Shown: positions 43,711 through 54,637 of the stretch, piece by piece
Position numbering within the stretch: position 1 is the stretch's first letter
Layout: each line of letters starts with the position of its first letter
DNA from: an uncultured Gaiellaceae bacterium
GTDB taxonomy: Bacteria; Actinomycetota; Thermoleophilia; Gaiellales; Gaiellaceae
Reading direction: 5' to 3'
Length of the DNA: 64,000 nucleotides
Assembly (NCBI GenBank): GCA_963749515.1
Contig: CAVVMR010000002.1
Location: 69,854-133,853 of the forward strand
Program-made: the position numbers and the translations under genes
Notes under the pieces: model-generated
What the model saw: only the letters and a program-made list of their open reading frames with translations
Database searches by the model: none
What the model was told of the DNA's origin: nothing

Positions 43711-44381
43711 CTCGACGCCCCGGGCTCGACGAGCCCGGTCTCGTAGGCGAAGACGACTGCCTGCACGCGGTCACGTAGGTCGAGCTTCATCAGGATTCGC
43801 GCCACATGCGTCTTCACGGTCGTCTCGCTCACGAACAGGTCCTTGGCGATCTCGGCGTTCGAGAGACCGCGGGCCATGAAGCCGAGCACCTCGAGCTCAC
43901 GGGCGGTCAGGTCGGCGACGGCCGGGGAAGGCTGCGTCGCGATCGTGCTCGGCGGGCGCCGGATGAACTCCTCGATCACGCGCTTCGTGATCGCGGGCGA
44001 GAGGAGCGCGTCGCCGGCGGCCACGACATGGATCGCCGAGATCAGCTGCTCGGGCGGCGTGTCCTTGAGCATGAAGCCGCTGGCACCAGCACGCAGCGCC
44101 TCGTACACGTACTCGTCGAGGTCGAAGGTCGTCAGCATCAGCACGCGCGGCGCCTGGCCATCCGCCGCGAGGATCCGCCGCGTCGCCTCGAGCCCGTCGA
44201 GGTTGGGCATGCGGATGTCCATGAGGACGACGTCGGGCTTCAGCTCGCGGACGGCTTCGACGGCCTGCAGCCCGTCCTCCGCCTCGCCGACGATCTCGAT
44301 TTCCGGCTCCGACTCGAGGATCATCTTGAAGCCGGCCCGCACCAGGGCCTGGTCGTCCACGATCACGACGCGGACGGTCAT
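43707..44381 (-). CDS. NarL/FixJ (LuxR)-family response regulator
   Basis: 3' part of ORF 43707..45686 from ATG 44381 (MTVRVVIVDDQALVRAGF...DIRMPNLDG...). LuxR HTH LTARELEVLGFMARGLSNAEIAKDLFVSETTVKTHV. Confidence 0.9.
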   Translation of the reverse strand: MTVRVVIVDDQALVRAGFKMILESEPEIEIVGEAEDGLQAVEAVRELKPDVVLMDIRMPNLDGLEATRRILAADGQAPRVLMLTTFDLDEYVYEALRAGASGFMLKDTPPEQLISAIHVVAAGDALLSPAITKRVIEEFIRRPPSTIATQPSPAVADLTARELEVLGFMARGLSNAEIAKDLFVSETTVKTHVARILMKLDLRDRVQAVVFAYETGLVEPGASS

Positions 44382-45517
44382 GCGGGCGACCCCGCGACCG
44401 GCAGCCGCGCAGAGATCTTGAAGCCGCCGCCGGGGCGCGGGCCGGAGTGCAGCTCGCCGCCGCAGAGCGCGACGCGCTCGCGCATGCCGACGAGGCCGTG
44501 GCCGGCGCCGTCGTTCTCGCCCTGGCTGCGCCCGTCGTTCGCCACCTCGATCTCGACATCGTCGCCGACGTAGCGGACGGCCACCCAGGCGTGCGCCGGG
44601 CCGGCGTGCTTGAGGGCGTTGGTGAGAGCCTCCTGCACGATCCGGTAGGCCGAGAGGTCGACACCGGCCGGCAGCTTGACCGGCTCCCCCTCCACCGTCA
44701 GCTCCACCGGCAATCCCGACTGGCGCACCTGCTCGACGAGCGCCGGGAGCGTTCCGAGCCCGGGCTGCGGCGCGAGGGCGGGAACCTCCTCCTCCGTACG
44801 CATGATCCCGAGCAGGCGGCGCATCTCGGAGAGCGCCTGCCGGCCGGTCTCCTCGACGGTCATCAGCGCCTCGCGCTCGCGCTGCTGCTCGGGCGTCAGC
44901 AGCCGGCGGACGGCGCTCGCCTGAACGGTCATCACGCTGACCGAATGTGCGAGCACGTCGTGCAGCTCGCGGGTTATCCGGCTCCGCTCGTCCTCGACGG
45001 CGCGACGCGCCTCCTCCTCGGTGCGCCGCGCCCGCGCCTCCGCCACGCGCGCCTGCTCCGAGTGCCTGGCCGCCGCGGCCGAAAGGACGAAGACGCCGGT
45101 GAGGGGGAAGCTGAGCCAGATCAACTCCGTCCACGGGACGTCCGGCGCGCGGATGAAGACCGTCCAGCCCGCAGCCAGGACTGCCGCGAGCGCGGTGAAC
45201 GCCAGCCGCCAGTGAAGGAGGGCGCCCGCCGCCCACGCAGAGAGCAGGAGCGGCAGGAACATCGTGTCCGTGTTGTAGGCAACGCTCGCATCGAGCAGCG
45301 TGAAGACGAGCGCGCCGGAGGCGACGACAAGCGGTGCGACGAACGGCGCGCGGCGGCGGAAGAGAAGCGCTCCGGCGGTGACCAGAGCGATCGCGGCAAG
45401 GCGCGTGCGGTTGTCTTCGACGTTCCTCCAGACGTCGACCTGGGTGAGAACCACGCCCGCGAGCGCCACCGCTTCGAACACGTAGCGCTTCGCCCACGCC
45501 AGGGGTTGCAGGGTCAC
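44378..45517 (-). CDS. Membrane sensor histidine kinase (HisKA_3, LiaS/DesK-like)
   Basis: ORF 44378..45517 with a GTG start. 4-5 N-terminal TM segments, H-box ELHDVLAHSVSV, HATPase blocks. ATGA overlap with the regulator gene. Confidence 0.88.
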   Translation of the reverse strand: MTLQPLAWAKRYVFEAVALAGVVLTQVDVWRNVEDNRTRLAAIALVTAGALLFRRRAPFVAPLVVASGALVFTLLDASVAYNTDTMFLPLLLSAWAAGALLHWRLAFTALAAVLAAGWTVFIRAPDVPWTELIWLSFPLTGVFVLSAAAARHSEQARVAEARARRTEEEARRAVEDERSRITRELHDVLAHSVSVMTVQASAVRRLLTPEQQREREALMTVEETGRQALSEMRRLLGIMRTEEEVPALAPQPGLGTLPALVEQVRQSGLPVELTVEGEPVKLPAGVDLSAYRIVQEALTNALKHAGPAHAWVAVRYVGDDVEIEVANDGRSQGENDGAGHGLVGMRERVALCGGELHSGPRPGGGFKISARLPVAGSPA

Positions 45518-45577
45518 GCTGAAAACGGTACTCGACCGGCGTCGGAACGGCGTCGTCCGCTCTGACGAGGCCGAAAT

Positions 45578-45594
45578 CGTCCTCGCGGAGGACG
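45578..45594. promoter_or_regulatory. Perfect 7-3-7 palindrome in kinase / ABC-exporter divergent intergenic region (candidate response-regulator site)
   Basis: CGTCCTC GCG GAGGACG, read directly. Located in the 167-bp gap between GTG 45517 (-) and ATG 45685 (+). Confidence 0.4.
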
Positions 45595-45684
45595 TGCAAT
45601 CGCGAGCGCGGCCGATGCCGGCGGAACCCTTCGGGCCTAGCCTCGAAAAACGTGCTGACCCGACTCGAAGGAGAGACCCACCTC

Positions 45685-46458
45685 ATGGAAGCAGCATTCG
45701 CGCTCGCCCAACCCGAATCGGCCCAGCAGGCACCTCCCGTCGTCGCTGCGTCCGGCCTCGCGCGGCGCTACGGCGCCGGTGAGACAGCTGTGGATGCGCT
45801 CCGCGGCGTCTCGCTCTCGATTCCGCGCAGCGAGCTGACGGCGGTCATGGGCCCGTCCGGCTCCGGCAAGTCAACGCTGATGCACATCCTCGCCGGCCTC
45901 GACCGGCCGACCGCCGGCTCCGTCGAGATCGACGGCAAGGATCTGACGAAGCTGAAGGACAACGACCTGACGAAGCTGCGCCGCCGGCACATCGGCTTCG
46001 TCTTCCAGTTCTTCAACCTGCTCCCGATGCTCACCGCCGAGGAGAACGTGACGCTGCCGCTCTCGATCGCCGGGACGAAGCCGAGCGCGGAGTGGCTTCA
46101 GGAGCTGCTGGACGCAACCGGCCTCACCGACCGCCGCCGCCACCGCCCCGCCGAGCTCTCCGGTGGCCAGCAGCAGCGCGTTGCGGTCGCCCGCGCGCTC
46201 GTCTCGCGCCCGACCGTCCTCTTCGCCGACGAGCCGACCGGGAACCTCGACTCGCAGACCTCCGCCGAGATTCTCGGCCTCCTGCGCAGCGCGGTCGACA
46301 CGTACGGGCAGACGACGGTGATGGTCACCCACGACCCGCGCGCTGCCACGATCGCCGACCGAGTCCTGTTCCTTGCTGACGGCCTGATCGTCAGGGAGCT
46401 CGGCCGCTCGTCGCAGGCGGAGATCCTCGAGACGCTCTCCGAGATCTCGGACCGATGA
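45685..46458 (+). CDS. ABC transporter ATP-binding protein (MacB/LolD/FtsE-like)
   Basis: ORF 45652..46458, with the start moved to ATG 45685 (AAGGAGAG upstream). Walker [10 protein letters not shown], signature LSGGQQQR, Walker B LFADEP. Confidence 0.9.
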   Translation: MEAAFALAQPESAQQAPPVVAASGLARRYGAGETAVDALRGVSLSIPRSELTAVMGPSGSGKSTLMHILAGLDRPTAGSVEIDGKDLTKLKDNDLTKLRRRHIGFVFQFFNLLPMLTAEENVTLPLSIAGTKPSAEWLQELLDATGLTDRRRHRPAELSGGQQQRVAVARALVSRPTVLFADEPTGNLDSQTSAEILGLLRSAVDTYGQTTVMVTHDPRAATIADRVLFLADGLIVRELGRSSQAEILETLSEISDR

Positions 46459-48995
46459 AGCGCGTCGCGATCCGGGGGCTGCTCGCCCGCAAGCTCCGCT
46501 CGACCCTGACGGCGATCGCAATCGTCCTCGGCGTCGCGATGGTGAGCGGCACGCTCGTCCTCACCGACACGATCGACAAGGCGTTCGACTCGATCTTCTC
46601 GAGCTCGTACGAGCAGACGGACGCCGTGGTCTCCGGCAAGAAGCTCGTGGAGTGGTCGCAGACCGGCAAGGCCCAGGTCTCAGCGGACGTGCTCGCCACG
46701 GTGCGCGAGCTGCCGGAGGTCGAAGCTGCAGCCGGAACGATCCTCGACCTCTCCGGCGACGCCAACCAGGCCAAGATCCTCGACAAGGACGGCAAGGCGA
46801 TCCAGGGGAACAACCCGACCTTCGGCCTCGGCATCAACCCCGCCGACGAGCGGTTCAACCCCTTCAAGCTCGTCGAGGGCGACTGGGCTGGAGGTCCGCG
46901 CGAGGTCGTCGTCGATCTCAACACGGCCGACGAGCAGGGCTTCAAGGTCGGCGACACCGTCAAGGTCGCCGGCGAGGGGCCTGTGCGCGCGTTCACGCTC
47001 ACCGGCATCGCCCGTTTTGGCGACGTCAACAGCCTCGGCGGCGCGACGATCGCGCTCTTCGACGTCGAGACCGCCCGAAGTGTGCTGAGCAAGACAGGCT
47101 TCGACGCCGTCGCCGTCGCGGCACGCGACGGTGTCGCGCAGCAGACACTGATCGACTCGATCCAGCGCGCCCTGCCGGCGACCGCCGAGGTGCGCACCGG
47201 CGCCGAGCAGGCAGCCCAGGACGGCGAGGGCGTCGGCGAGTTCGTCACCTTCATCCGCTACTTCCTGCTCGCGTTCGGCGGCATTGCGCTCTTCGTCGGT
47301 GCGTTCGTAATCTTCAACACGCTTTCGATCACGGTCGCGCAGAGGACGAAGGAGCTCGCGACGCTGCGGACGTTGGGGGCCTCGCGCCGCCAGGTGCTCC
47401 GCTCGGTCGTACTCGAGGGGCTCGTGCTCGGCGTCTTCGCCTCGGCGATCGGGCTCGGGCTCGGCGTCCTGCTCGCGAAGGGATTGACGGCGCTTTTCCG
47501 GGCCGTCGACCTCGAAATGCCGCAGGCGGCGATGGTCTTCCAGACCCGCACGGCGGTCGTCGCGATGCTGACCGGAACGCTGGTCACGCTCGTCGCCTCT
47601 GTCTGGCCGGCCGTCCGCGCAACGCGGATCGCACCGATCTCGGCTGTGCGTGAAGGCGGGATGGTCGTCAAGCGGCCTTCCCGGAAAACGCTCGTCTTCG
47701 GCCTCCTCGTCACCGCGCTCTCGGTGTTCGGCCTCGTCTACGGCACCCTCGGCGAGGGCGTCTCCACGGCGGTGCGGCTGCTGGGAATCGGCGGCGGCGC
47801 CTTCGGGCTCTTCATCGGTCTCGCCGCGATCGCGCCGCGGCTCGTTCGTCCACTCGCCCATGTCGTCGGCCTGCCGGCCGCTCGGCTCGGCGGCGCGGCC
47901 GGGCGTCTGGCGCAGGAAAACGCCGTGCGCAACCCCGGCCGGACGGCCTCCACCGCGGCCGCGCTGATGATCGGACTGACGCTGGTGTCGTTCGTGGCGG
48001 TCTTCGGCAAGGGACTGCTCGCGAGCGACGAGACCGCGCTCCGCAAGCAGCTGGGCACAAGCCACGTCATCACCTCGCAGAGCGGCTGGGACACCGTCCC
48101 GCTCGGCGCGGGCAAGGCAGCAGGCGCCGCCCCTGGCGTCGAGCTCGCCTCCTCGATCCGCAACGACCGTGCGCAGCTCGTCGGCGCCGGCGAGGTCGAC
48201 GTGAGCGGCGTCGACCCGGCGACGATCGGCCGCGCGTACAACTTCGAGTGGATCGAGGGCTCTCCGGCATCCCTGGCGGCCCTGGGTCGGGGCGATTCCG
48301 TCGTCCGCGAGGGCGAGGGTCATGTCGGCGAGAAGCTGGCGTTCCTGACCCCGGCCGGCAAGCGGGTCGAGACGGTCGTGCGAGGCGTCTACCGCAAGCA
48401 CGGCGACCTCGACCAGCTCCTCGGCCAGGTCGTCCTCTCACAGGCCACGTTCGACAGCAACTTCCCGCGGCCGGGCGACATGCTGACGCTGGTGCAGGCC
48501 GATTCGACGACGGGGCTGGAGCAGGCGCTCGCCGCCTTCCCGGACGCGAAGCTCCAGACGGGCGACGAGTTCATCGCCAACTGGACGGCGTGGCTGAACG
48601 ACGTGATGAGCCTCTTCTACGTCCTGCTCGCGCTCTCGGTGATCGTCTCCCTGTTCGGGATGGTGAACACGCTCGTGCTCGCCGTCTTCGAGCGGACGCG
48701 CGAGCTGGGAATGCTCCGTGCGGTCGGGATGACGCGTCGGCAGACGCGACGGATGATCCGGCAGGAGAGCGTGATCACCGCGCTGATCGGAGCGGCTCTC
48801 GGGCTCCCGCTCGGCGTGGGCCTTGCGGCGCTCGTGACGCAGTCGCTGTCGGAGTACGGCGTCTCGTTCTCCTTGCCCACCGGGACGCTCATCGTCTTCA
48901 CCGTGGTCGCGGTGATCGCCGGTGTGCTCGCCGCGATCGCTCCCGCCCGCCGGGCTGCGCGCCTGAACGTTCTCAACGCGCTGCAGTACGAGTAG
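46455..48995 (+). CDS. ABC transporter permease with two FtsX domains (MacB-type, ~10 TM)
   Basis: ORF 46455..48995 (ATGA overlap). Two FtsX-like 4-TM modules, around RTKELATLRTLGASRRQV and RTRELGMLRAVGMTRRQT, each preceded by an extracytoplasmic domain. Confidence 0.88.
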   Translation: MKRVAIRGLLARKLRSTLTAIAIVLGVAMVSGTLVLTDTIDKAFDSIFSSSYEQTDAVVSGKKLVEWSQTGKAQVSADVLATVRELPEVEAAAGTILDLSGDANQAKILDKDGKAIQGNNPTFGLGINPADERFNPFKLVEGDWAGGPREVVVDLNTADEQGFKVGDTVKVAGEGPVRAFTLTGIARFGDVNSLGGATIALFDVETARSVLSKTGFDAVAVAARDGVAQQTLIDSIQRALPATAEVRTGAEQAAQDGEGVGEFVTFIRYFLLAFGGIALFVGAFVIFNTLSITVAQRTKELATLRTLGASRRQVLRSVVLEGLVLGVFASAIGLGLGVLLAKGLTALFRAVDLEMPQAAMVFQTRTAVVAMLTGTLVTLVASVWPAVRATRIAPISAVREGGMVVKRPSRKTLVFGLLVTALSVFGLVYGTLGEGVSTAVRLLGIGGGAFGLFIGLAAIAPRLVRPLAHVVGLPAARLGGAAGRLAQENAVRNPGRTASTAAALMIGLTLVSFVAVFGKGLLASDETALRKQLGTSHVITSQSGWDTVPLGAGKAAGAAPGVELASSIRNDRAQLVGAGEVDVSGVDPATIGRAYNFEWIEGSPASLAALGRGDSVVREGEGHVGEKLAFLTPAGKRVETVVRGVYRKHGDLDQLLGQVVLSQATFDSNFPRPGDMLTLVQADSTTGLEQALAAFPDAKLQTGDEFIANWTAWLNDVMSLFYVLLALSVIVSLFGMVNTLVLAVFERTRELGMLRAVGMTRRQTRRMIRQESVITALIGAALGLPLGVGLAALVTQSLSEYGVSFSLPTGTLIVFTVVAVIAGVLAAIAPARRAARLNVLNALQYE

Positions 48996-49030
48996 CGAGG
49001 AGCACGGGTTAGGGTCACCCGTGCTCCTCG
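48996..49030 (+). promoter_or_regulatory. Perfect 14-bp hairpin spanning the FtsX-gene stop/glpK start junction
   Basis: CGAGGAGCACGGGT (48996-49009), loop TAGGGTC, ACCCGTGCTCCTCG (49017-49030). The right arm contains the glpK GTG (49021-49023). Confidence 0.6.
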
Positions 49031-50442
49031 CGATCGACCAGGGGACAACCGGCACGACCTGCCTCGTCCTGGACGGGTCGCTGCAGACCGTCGGGCGCGG
49101 CTACCGCGAGCTCCGCCAGCACTTCCCCGCGCCGGGGCTCGTCGAGCACGATGCAAACGAGATCTGGCAGACGGTGGTCGACGCGGCGGCCGCTGCCCTC
49201 GACGACGCGGGCCTCGGGGCCGGAGAGCTCGACGCGATCGGGATCACGAACCAGCGCGAGACGACACTGGTCTGGGACACGCGCAGCGGCGAGCCGGTCG
49301 GGCGCGCGATCGTCTGGCAGGACCGGCGGACCGCCGCCCGCTGTGCCGAGCTGCCGGTGGAGCTGATCCGCGAGCGCACCGGGCTCATCCCGGATCCGTA
49401 CTTCTCGGCGACGAAGCTGGAGTGGCTGCTCGCGAACACGGGCGCGGCAGGCGAGCTCGCCTTCGGCACGGTCGACGCGTGGCTGCTGTGGAAGCTCTGC
49501 GGCGAGCATGCGACCGACGTCTCGAACGCCTCCCGCACGATGCTCCTCGACATCGCGACCCTGGAATGGGACGACGAGCTGCTCGACCTCTTCTCGGTTC
49601 CCCGAGCCGTGCTGCCGCGACTCGTCCCCTCGAGCGGCGTCGTCGGCGAGGGAAAGCTGCTCGGCGCGCTCGTGCCCGTCGGCGGGATCGCCGGCGACCA
49701 GCAGGCGGCGCTCTTCGGGCAGCGCTGCTTCGCGCCCGGCCAGGCGAAGGCGACGTACGGGACCGGCGCCTTCGTGCTCGCGAACGCCGGCCCGGCGCCG
49801 GGCGCGGCGCCGGAGGGCGTGCTGCGCACGATCGCGTGGCAGCTCGGCGACGCCGATCCCGTCTACGCGCTCGAAGGAGCGGTGTTCGTCGCGGGTGCGG
49901 CGATCCAGTGGCTCCGCGACGGCCTGGGGCTGATCGAGAGCGCAGCAGAGACCGAGGCGCTCGCCCGCTCGCTCGACGGAAACGAGGGCGTCTACTTCGT
50001 GCCCGCCCTTGCCGGCCTCGGCGCGCCGCACTGGGCGCCGGAGGCGCGCGGGCTGATCGCGGGGCTGACGGGTGGTACTCAGCGCGAGCATCTCGTTCGC
50101 GCCGCGCTCGAGGCGATCGCCTTCCAGACATGCGACGTGCTCGACGCCATGGGCATCGAGCTCGACGTCCTTCGCGCGGACGGTGGTGCGGCGGCGAACG
50201 GCTTCCTGATGCAGCTTCAGGCGGACCTCGCCCGCGTCCCGGTCGAGGTGGCCGCAGAGCGTGAGGCGACCGCGCTCGGCGCCGCCTCGCTGGCTGGCCT
50301 CGCGGTCGGCACCTGGCCGGGGCTCGAGGCTCTCGAGCTCGCCCGGCCGGCGGCCACGCGATACGAGCCGACGCTCGCGGCCGACGAGGCCGAGAGACTG
50401 ATCGCCGGGTGGCGGACGGCCGTGCGCCGCGCGCTCATCTAG
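49021..50442 (+). CDS. glpK: Glycerol kinase
   Basis: ORF 49021..50442. FGGY kinase motifs LLAIDQGTTGTT, NQRETTLVWD, GDQQAALFGQ, KATYGTG, LRADGGAAAN. Confidence 0.9.
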   Translation: MLLAIDQGTTGTTCLVLDGSLQTVGRGYRELRQHFPAPGLVEHDANEIWQTVVDAAAAALDDAGLGAGELDAIGITNQRETTLVWDTRSGEPVGRAIVWQDRRTAARCAELPVELIRERTGLIPDPYFSATKLEWLLANTGAAGELAFGTVDAWLLWKLCGEHATDVSNASRTMLLDIATLEWDDELLDLFSVPRAVLPRLVPSSGVVGEGKLLGALVPVGGIAGDQQAALFGQRCFAPGQAKATYGTGAFVLANAGPAPGAAPEGVLRTIAWQLGDADPVYALEGAVFVAGAAIQWLRDGLGLIESAAETEALARSLDGNEGVYFVPALAGLGAPHWAPEARGLIAGLTGGTQREHLVRAALEAIAFQTCDVLDAMGIELDVLRADGGAAANGFLMQLQADLARVPVEVAAEREATALGAASLAGLAVGTWPGLEALELARPAATRYEPTLAADEAERLIAGWRTAVRRALI

Positions 50443-50625
50443 TCCTCACGGTCGGCGCGGTCATCCTCACGGCGTAGCCGGGCGCCGATCTCTCCTCCCC
50501 GCGGTCAGCCGAAGATACCGCCCAGCGATGACGCCGAATCGTTTGCGCGGCCGACGCCGCGGAGGCGCCCGGAACTGAGACTCCCTTGCAGAGATTCCGC
50601 TGGAAATCGAGCCAAGGAGAGGGAA

Positions 50626-51201
50626 ATGATCCGCAAGGGAGATGTGATCGAGAACCCCGTCACGGGCGAGCGCATGCTGTTCCTCGAGACGTCGGCCGAC
50701 ACGAACGGCGAGTACGTGCTCGTCGAGGTGACGGTGCAGCCGAACGGCTTCGTCGCCGCCGCCCACATGCACCCGTACCAGTCGGAACGGTTCGAGATCG
50801 AGTCCGGCACGATCGCGTTCAAGGTGGACGGCACGGAGATCGTGGCCGGCGCAGGCGAGACGGTGGTCGTCCCGGCGAAGAGCTCGCACAAGTTCTGGAA
50901 CGCGGGCGAGACCGAGGCGGTCTTCGTCTGTGAGGTGCGGCCGGCGCTGCAGTTCGAGCGGCTGCTCGAGACGATGTTCGCCCTCGCGAGCGACGGCAAG
51001 ACGAACCGGAAGGGGATGCCGAACCCCCTCCGCCTCGCCGTGATCGCGAACGCGCACTTCGACGACGTACGCCTGCCCTTCCCGCCCGTCTGGGTGCAGA
51101 AGGTCGGGCTCATGCTGGGCGCCCCGGCCGGCCGCCTGCTCGGCTTCAAGCCGGAGTACGACGGCGGCTCGTCCGACACACCAGCGGCCCTGGCGGTCTA
51201 A
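50626..51201 (+). CDS. Cupin-domain protein
   Basis: ORF 50626..51201 with AAGGAGAGGGA upstream. Cupin motifs HMHPYQSERFEI and VVVPAKSSHKFWN. Confidence 0.75.
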   Translation: MIRKGDVIENPVTGERMLFLETSADTNGEYVLVEVTVQPNGFVAAAHMHPYQSERFEIESGTIAFKVDGTEIVAGAGETVVVPAKSSHKFWNAGETEAVFVCEVRPALQFERLLETMFALASDGKTNRKGMPNPLRLAVIANAHFDDVRLPFPPVWVQKVGLMLGAPAGRLLGFKPEYDGGSSDTPAALAV

Positions 51202-51213
51202 CCCAGGTCCAGA

Positions 51214-51258
51214 CGTCAACCGCACGGCCGGGGTCTGACCCCGGCCGTCGCGTTGACG
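51214..51258. terminator. Bidirectional terminator-like hairpin between convergent cupin and hxlR genes
   Basis: 21-nt arms CGTCAACCGCACGGCCGGGGT / ACCCCGGCCGTCGCGTTGACG. 18 of 21 positions pair, with a 3-nt internal mismatch, and the loop is CTG. Confidence 0.65.
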
Positions 51259-51328
51259 GAGAGGCAGCGTCTCTGTGGGACGGTGGGTTAGCGGTCAGCG
51301 TCGGCCGTCGGCCGTCAGCCGTCTGCGA

Positions 51329-51629
51329 TCAGCGGGCGGCGAAGACGGAGACGGCGTCGACGACGTGCTTCAGCCGCCGCCCCTCGTCCGTCAGCCGGTA
51401 CTCGACCCGCGGCGGCCTGGCGTCGATCACGCGCCGCTCGAGCACGCCGGCCTCTTCCAGCTCGACCAGCCGCTGGGCGAGCGTCCCGGGCGGGATCGTC
51501 CCCAGCGCCTGCCTGAACTCGTTGAAGCGGGTCGCCCCTTCGTAGGACGCCCAGAGGACGGAGACGACCCAACGGCGCTCGAGGAGGACCGCCACGCGGC
51601 GGACCTCCTCGGGCACCGGCTTGCAGGAT

Positions 51630-51640
<11 letters not shown>
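51329..51640 (-). CDS. HxlR-family (MarR-like winged helix) transcriptional regulator
   Basis: ORF 51329..51640. VLLERRWVVSVLWASYEGATRFNEFRQAL..GTLAQRLVELEEAGVLERR...VEYRLTDEG. Start overlaps the lon stop by 11 nt. Confidence 0.82.
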
Positions 51641-53957
<2,317 letters not shown>

Positions 53958-53979
53958 ACCGGTATTCCTTCGGGCTCAG

Positions 53980-54007
53980 TTGCCGTTGCACTAAACCTGC
54001 GTATGAT
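53980..54007 (+). promoter_or_regulatory. Candidate promoter giving a leaderless transcript for the XRE-cupin regulator gene
   Basis: TTGCCG (53980-53985), 16-nt spacer, TATGAT (54002-54007). The GTG start at 54014 lies 7 nt after the -10 hexamer, and there is no SD. Confidence 0.45.
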
Positions 54008-54013
54008 CCGCTC

Positions 54014-54592
54014 GTGCCCAGAGCGACCCCGCTCGCAGCCCGGAACGACACGCCGAAGGTCGGCGCACGCGTTCGGTCGCTTCGGCGCGAGCGCGGCCTG
54101 ACGATCGAGCAGCTCGCCGCCGCCACCGGGCTCACCAAGGGCTTCATCAGCCAGCTCGAGCGCGATCGGACTGCGCCCTCGCTGTCTTCCATCGCCCGTA
54201 TCTGCGACGCGCTGGGCGTGCGCCTGAGCCACATCTTCGAGCGCGAGCCGGCTCCCGCGCTCGTTCGCAAGCACGAGCGGTCGCCTGTGGACACCTACTT
54301 CCCGACGGAGAATCACCTGCTCTCCTCGCGCGACGAGGAGCGGTTCCAGGCGATCGAGTCCGTCGTCGCTCCGGGCGCCGGTGCGGGCGACGAGCTCTAC
54401 TCCCTGCCGGGCGAGATGGAGTTCGTCTACGTGCTCGGAGGCACGATCGAGCTCCAGGTCGGCGACGAGACGCACGTGCTCGAGGAGGGTGACGCCCTTA
54501 CCTACCCGCTCTCGAAGCCGCACACGTGGCGGAACGCATCGGACTCGGAGGAGCTTCGCGTCCTCTGGGTTTCCGTGCCCAACCCGTACTAA
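54014..54592 (+). CDS. XRE-family HTH transcriptional regulator with C-terminal cupin domain
   Basis: ORF 54014..54592. HTH VGARVRSLRRERGLTIEQLAAATGLTKGFISQLERD. Cupin part GEMEFVYVLGGTIELQVGDE. Confidence 0.85.
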   Translation: MPRATPLAARNDTPKVGARVRSLRRERGLTIEQLAAATGLTKGFISQLERDRTAPSLSSIARICDALGVRLSHIFEREPAPALVRKHERSPVDTYFPTENHLLSSRDEERFQAIESVVAPGAGAGDELYSLPGEMEFVYVLGGTIELQVGDETHVLEEGDALTYPLSKPHTWRNASDSEELRVLWVSVPNPY

Positions 54593-54637
54593 AAGACTCA
54601 AGTTCGCCGCTGTAAGGCCGAACACTCGGTCAGACAG

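Noticed and set aside
43707-45686. 659-aa minus ORF suggesting a large fusion of regulator and upstream sequence
   Set aside because: Only the last 224 codons (from ATG 44381) form a receiver plus LuxR HTH protein. The upstream part is an out-of-frame shadow of the histidine kinase gene 44378..45517.
46680-48401. 573-aa minus ORF inside the FtsX permease gene
   Set aside because: It lies antisense to a gene with two clear FtsX modules and has Arg/Asp/Glu-rich composition with no motifs.
50443-50472. Direct repeat TCCTCACGG x2 (12-nt spacing) just after glpK
   Set aside because: A 9-nt repeat occurring twice is within chance expectation, and no associated structure or gene boundary logic was seen.
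51294-51323. Short tandem heptamer run GTCAGC GTCGGCC GTCGGCC GTCAGCC near the hxlR stop, considered as a possible repeat array
   Set aside because: It has only ~4 imperfect 7-nt units with no spacers and no cas genes. It is far too short for a CRISPR array or a meaningful tandem repeat, and is probably chance in GC-rich DNA.
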